Part shown: piece after piece, positions 34,444 through 35,347 of the stretch
Position numbering within the stretch: the stretch's first letter is position 1
Layout: the number at the start of each line of letters is the position of its first letter
Assembly (NCBI GenBank): GCA_964441745.1
Contig: CAYTYR010000003.1
Location: forward strand, 1-35,347
Direction: 5' to 3'
Origin: an uncultured Clostridia bacterium
GTDB lineage: Bacteria; CAYTYR01; UBA6262
DNA: 35,347 nucleotides
The notes under the pieces: model-generated
Told to the model about the DNA's origin: nothing
Seen by the model: the letters and a program-made list of their open reading frames with translations, nothing else
The model's database searches: none
Translations under genes and position numbers: made by a program

Positions 34444-35148
34444 CTAGAGTAACAGTTTTCCCATTTGTATTAAGAAATATTCTCCCACAAAGATCATGGC
34501 CCAGGCGAGCAGTTTTTTAGTCCGTTCCATCCAAATTCCCGGTTTGGGCAGATTCACCAGTAAGCCAGAAAAAGTGCCGGCCAGGATCAAGACAGTATTC
34601 ATGCCTATGGCAAAGACAAACAGGGTTAAAGCCCCAAAGAGAATATTCTGTTTGCTATAAACAAAGGCGAGCAGAACGGCCAGGACCGGAGCAGTACAAG
34701 GCCCCATCACTAATCCAGCGACCAATCCCATCAGGAAACTGCCGATAAAACCAGACCTGGTTTGTGGCAATTGTTTGATCACCTTAGGCCAAGGGAATGA
34801 AAATACTCCGAACATCGCAAGGCCCATGATGATAAAAATATTACCAATAACCAAAAATACCAGCGGACTGTTTTGAATTTGGCCAAAGAGGCTTCCTGAC
34901 AAACTGGCAACCAGTCCCAATGTTGTATATGTTATCGCTATGCCAAAAGCATAAGCCAGCGATAAGAAAAAGGCCTTTTTGCGTGAACCGCTGGAACGTG
35001 CCCCGATGAACGTAATAGTTATCGGCAGTAAAGGATAAACACAGGGCGTAAAACTAGTCATGATCCCGCCCGCCAATACCGCTAATAACGCTAAGGGAGA
35101 TGAAGCTTGTAAATATACCTGTAAATTACGAACTAATTCCTGCAGCAT
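34444..35148 (-). CDS. CcdA / DsbD-type transmembrane electron transporter
   Basis: SFTPCVYPLLP and GPCTAPVL; about six TM segments. Confidence 0.92.
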   Translation of the reverse strand: MLQELVRNLQVYLQASSPLALLAVLAGGIMTSFTPCVYPLLPITITFIGARSSGSRKKAFFLSLAYAFGIAITYTTLGLVASLSGSLFGQIQNSPLVFLVIGNIFIIMGLAMFGVFSFPWPKVIKQLPQTRSGFIGSFLMGLVAGLVMGPCTAPVLAVLLAFVYSKQNILFGALTLFVFAIGMNTVLILAGTFSGLLVNLPKPGIWMERTKKLLAWAMIFVGEYFLIQMGKLLL

Positions 35149-35194
35149 AATCTTCTTTATAATGATATTTAATATTTTGTCAAGATGTTATATG

Positions 35195-35347
35195 TTACCA
35201 TTTGATCCTGACCCGGTATTCCACTTTGGTTTCCCCGTTTTTCGGCACCTCAATGACATATTTCAGCGTGTGGGCTTCCACTTTTTCGGCTTGATGCGAA
35301 GCCTGTAGTATTTTCCAGTCACCGGGAACAGGCTCAATAATGCTCAC
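35195..35347 (-). CDS. 3' end of a gene, DUF4139-like protein (partial)
   Basis: Open frame VSIIEPVPGDWKILQASHQAEKVEAHTLKYVIEVPKNGETKVEYRVRIKW*. Confidence 0.7.
   Translation of the reverse strand: MSIIEPVPGDWKILQASHQAEKVEAHTLKYVIEVPKNGETKVEYRVRIKW

Noticed and set aside
407-35308. Plus-strand ORFs and short alternative-frame ORFs in the track
   Set aside because: They overlap well-supported minus-strand genes and show no recognisable motifs; they are antisense shadows.

Overview
A 35.3 kb bacterial chromosomal segment in which every credible gene (about 44, including four small or partial ones missed by the ORF track) lies on the minus strand. Outer-membrane, lipoprotein and PEP-CTERM genes indicate a diderm; rubredoxin/flavodiiron genes suggest an anaerobe. 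No rRNA, tRNA, CRISPR array, transposase or integrase was seen. Modules by coordinate: (1) 1-4.4 kb: stress-type genes (PLDc_N protein, entericidin, BON protein) beside a FixL/FixJ-like two-component system with a cysteine-less LOV-like sensor and two paralogous receivers. (2) 4.4-8.3 kb: a priming sugar transferase carrying an internal PEP-CTERM signal, a PEP-CTERM protein, a beta-barrel and an SBBP propeller protein. (3) 8.4-16.8 kb: mixed envelope and housekeeping genes. (4) 16.9-19.2 kb: gdhA and a GAF-ANTAR regulator, each with a dual-hexaloop RNA leader. (5) 19.2-24.1 kb: a divergent subunit/chaperone/usher-like operon with a structured leader and a 1-nt frameshift in the usher-like signal peptide. 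(6) 27.2-30.1 kb: a Bro-N-lexA-dinB cassette with a candidate LexA operator. (7) 31-35 kb: greA, an FHA protein and a CcdA-TlpA-ferredoxin-rubredoxin-FprA redox cluster. The best candidates for an undescribed system are the ANTAR RNA circuit on gdhA and on the regulator itself, the PEP-CTERM/phosphoglycosyl transferase fusion, and an 18-bp palindrome at three identically built promoters that links the two-component system to the PEP-CTERM operon. All family calls come from reading motifs by eye; no database search or folding program was run, so novelty is unverified.
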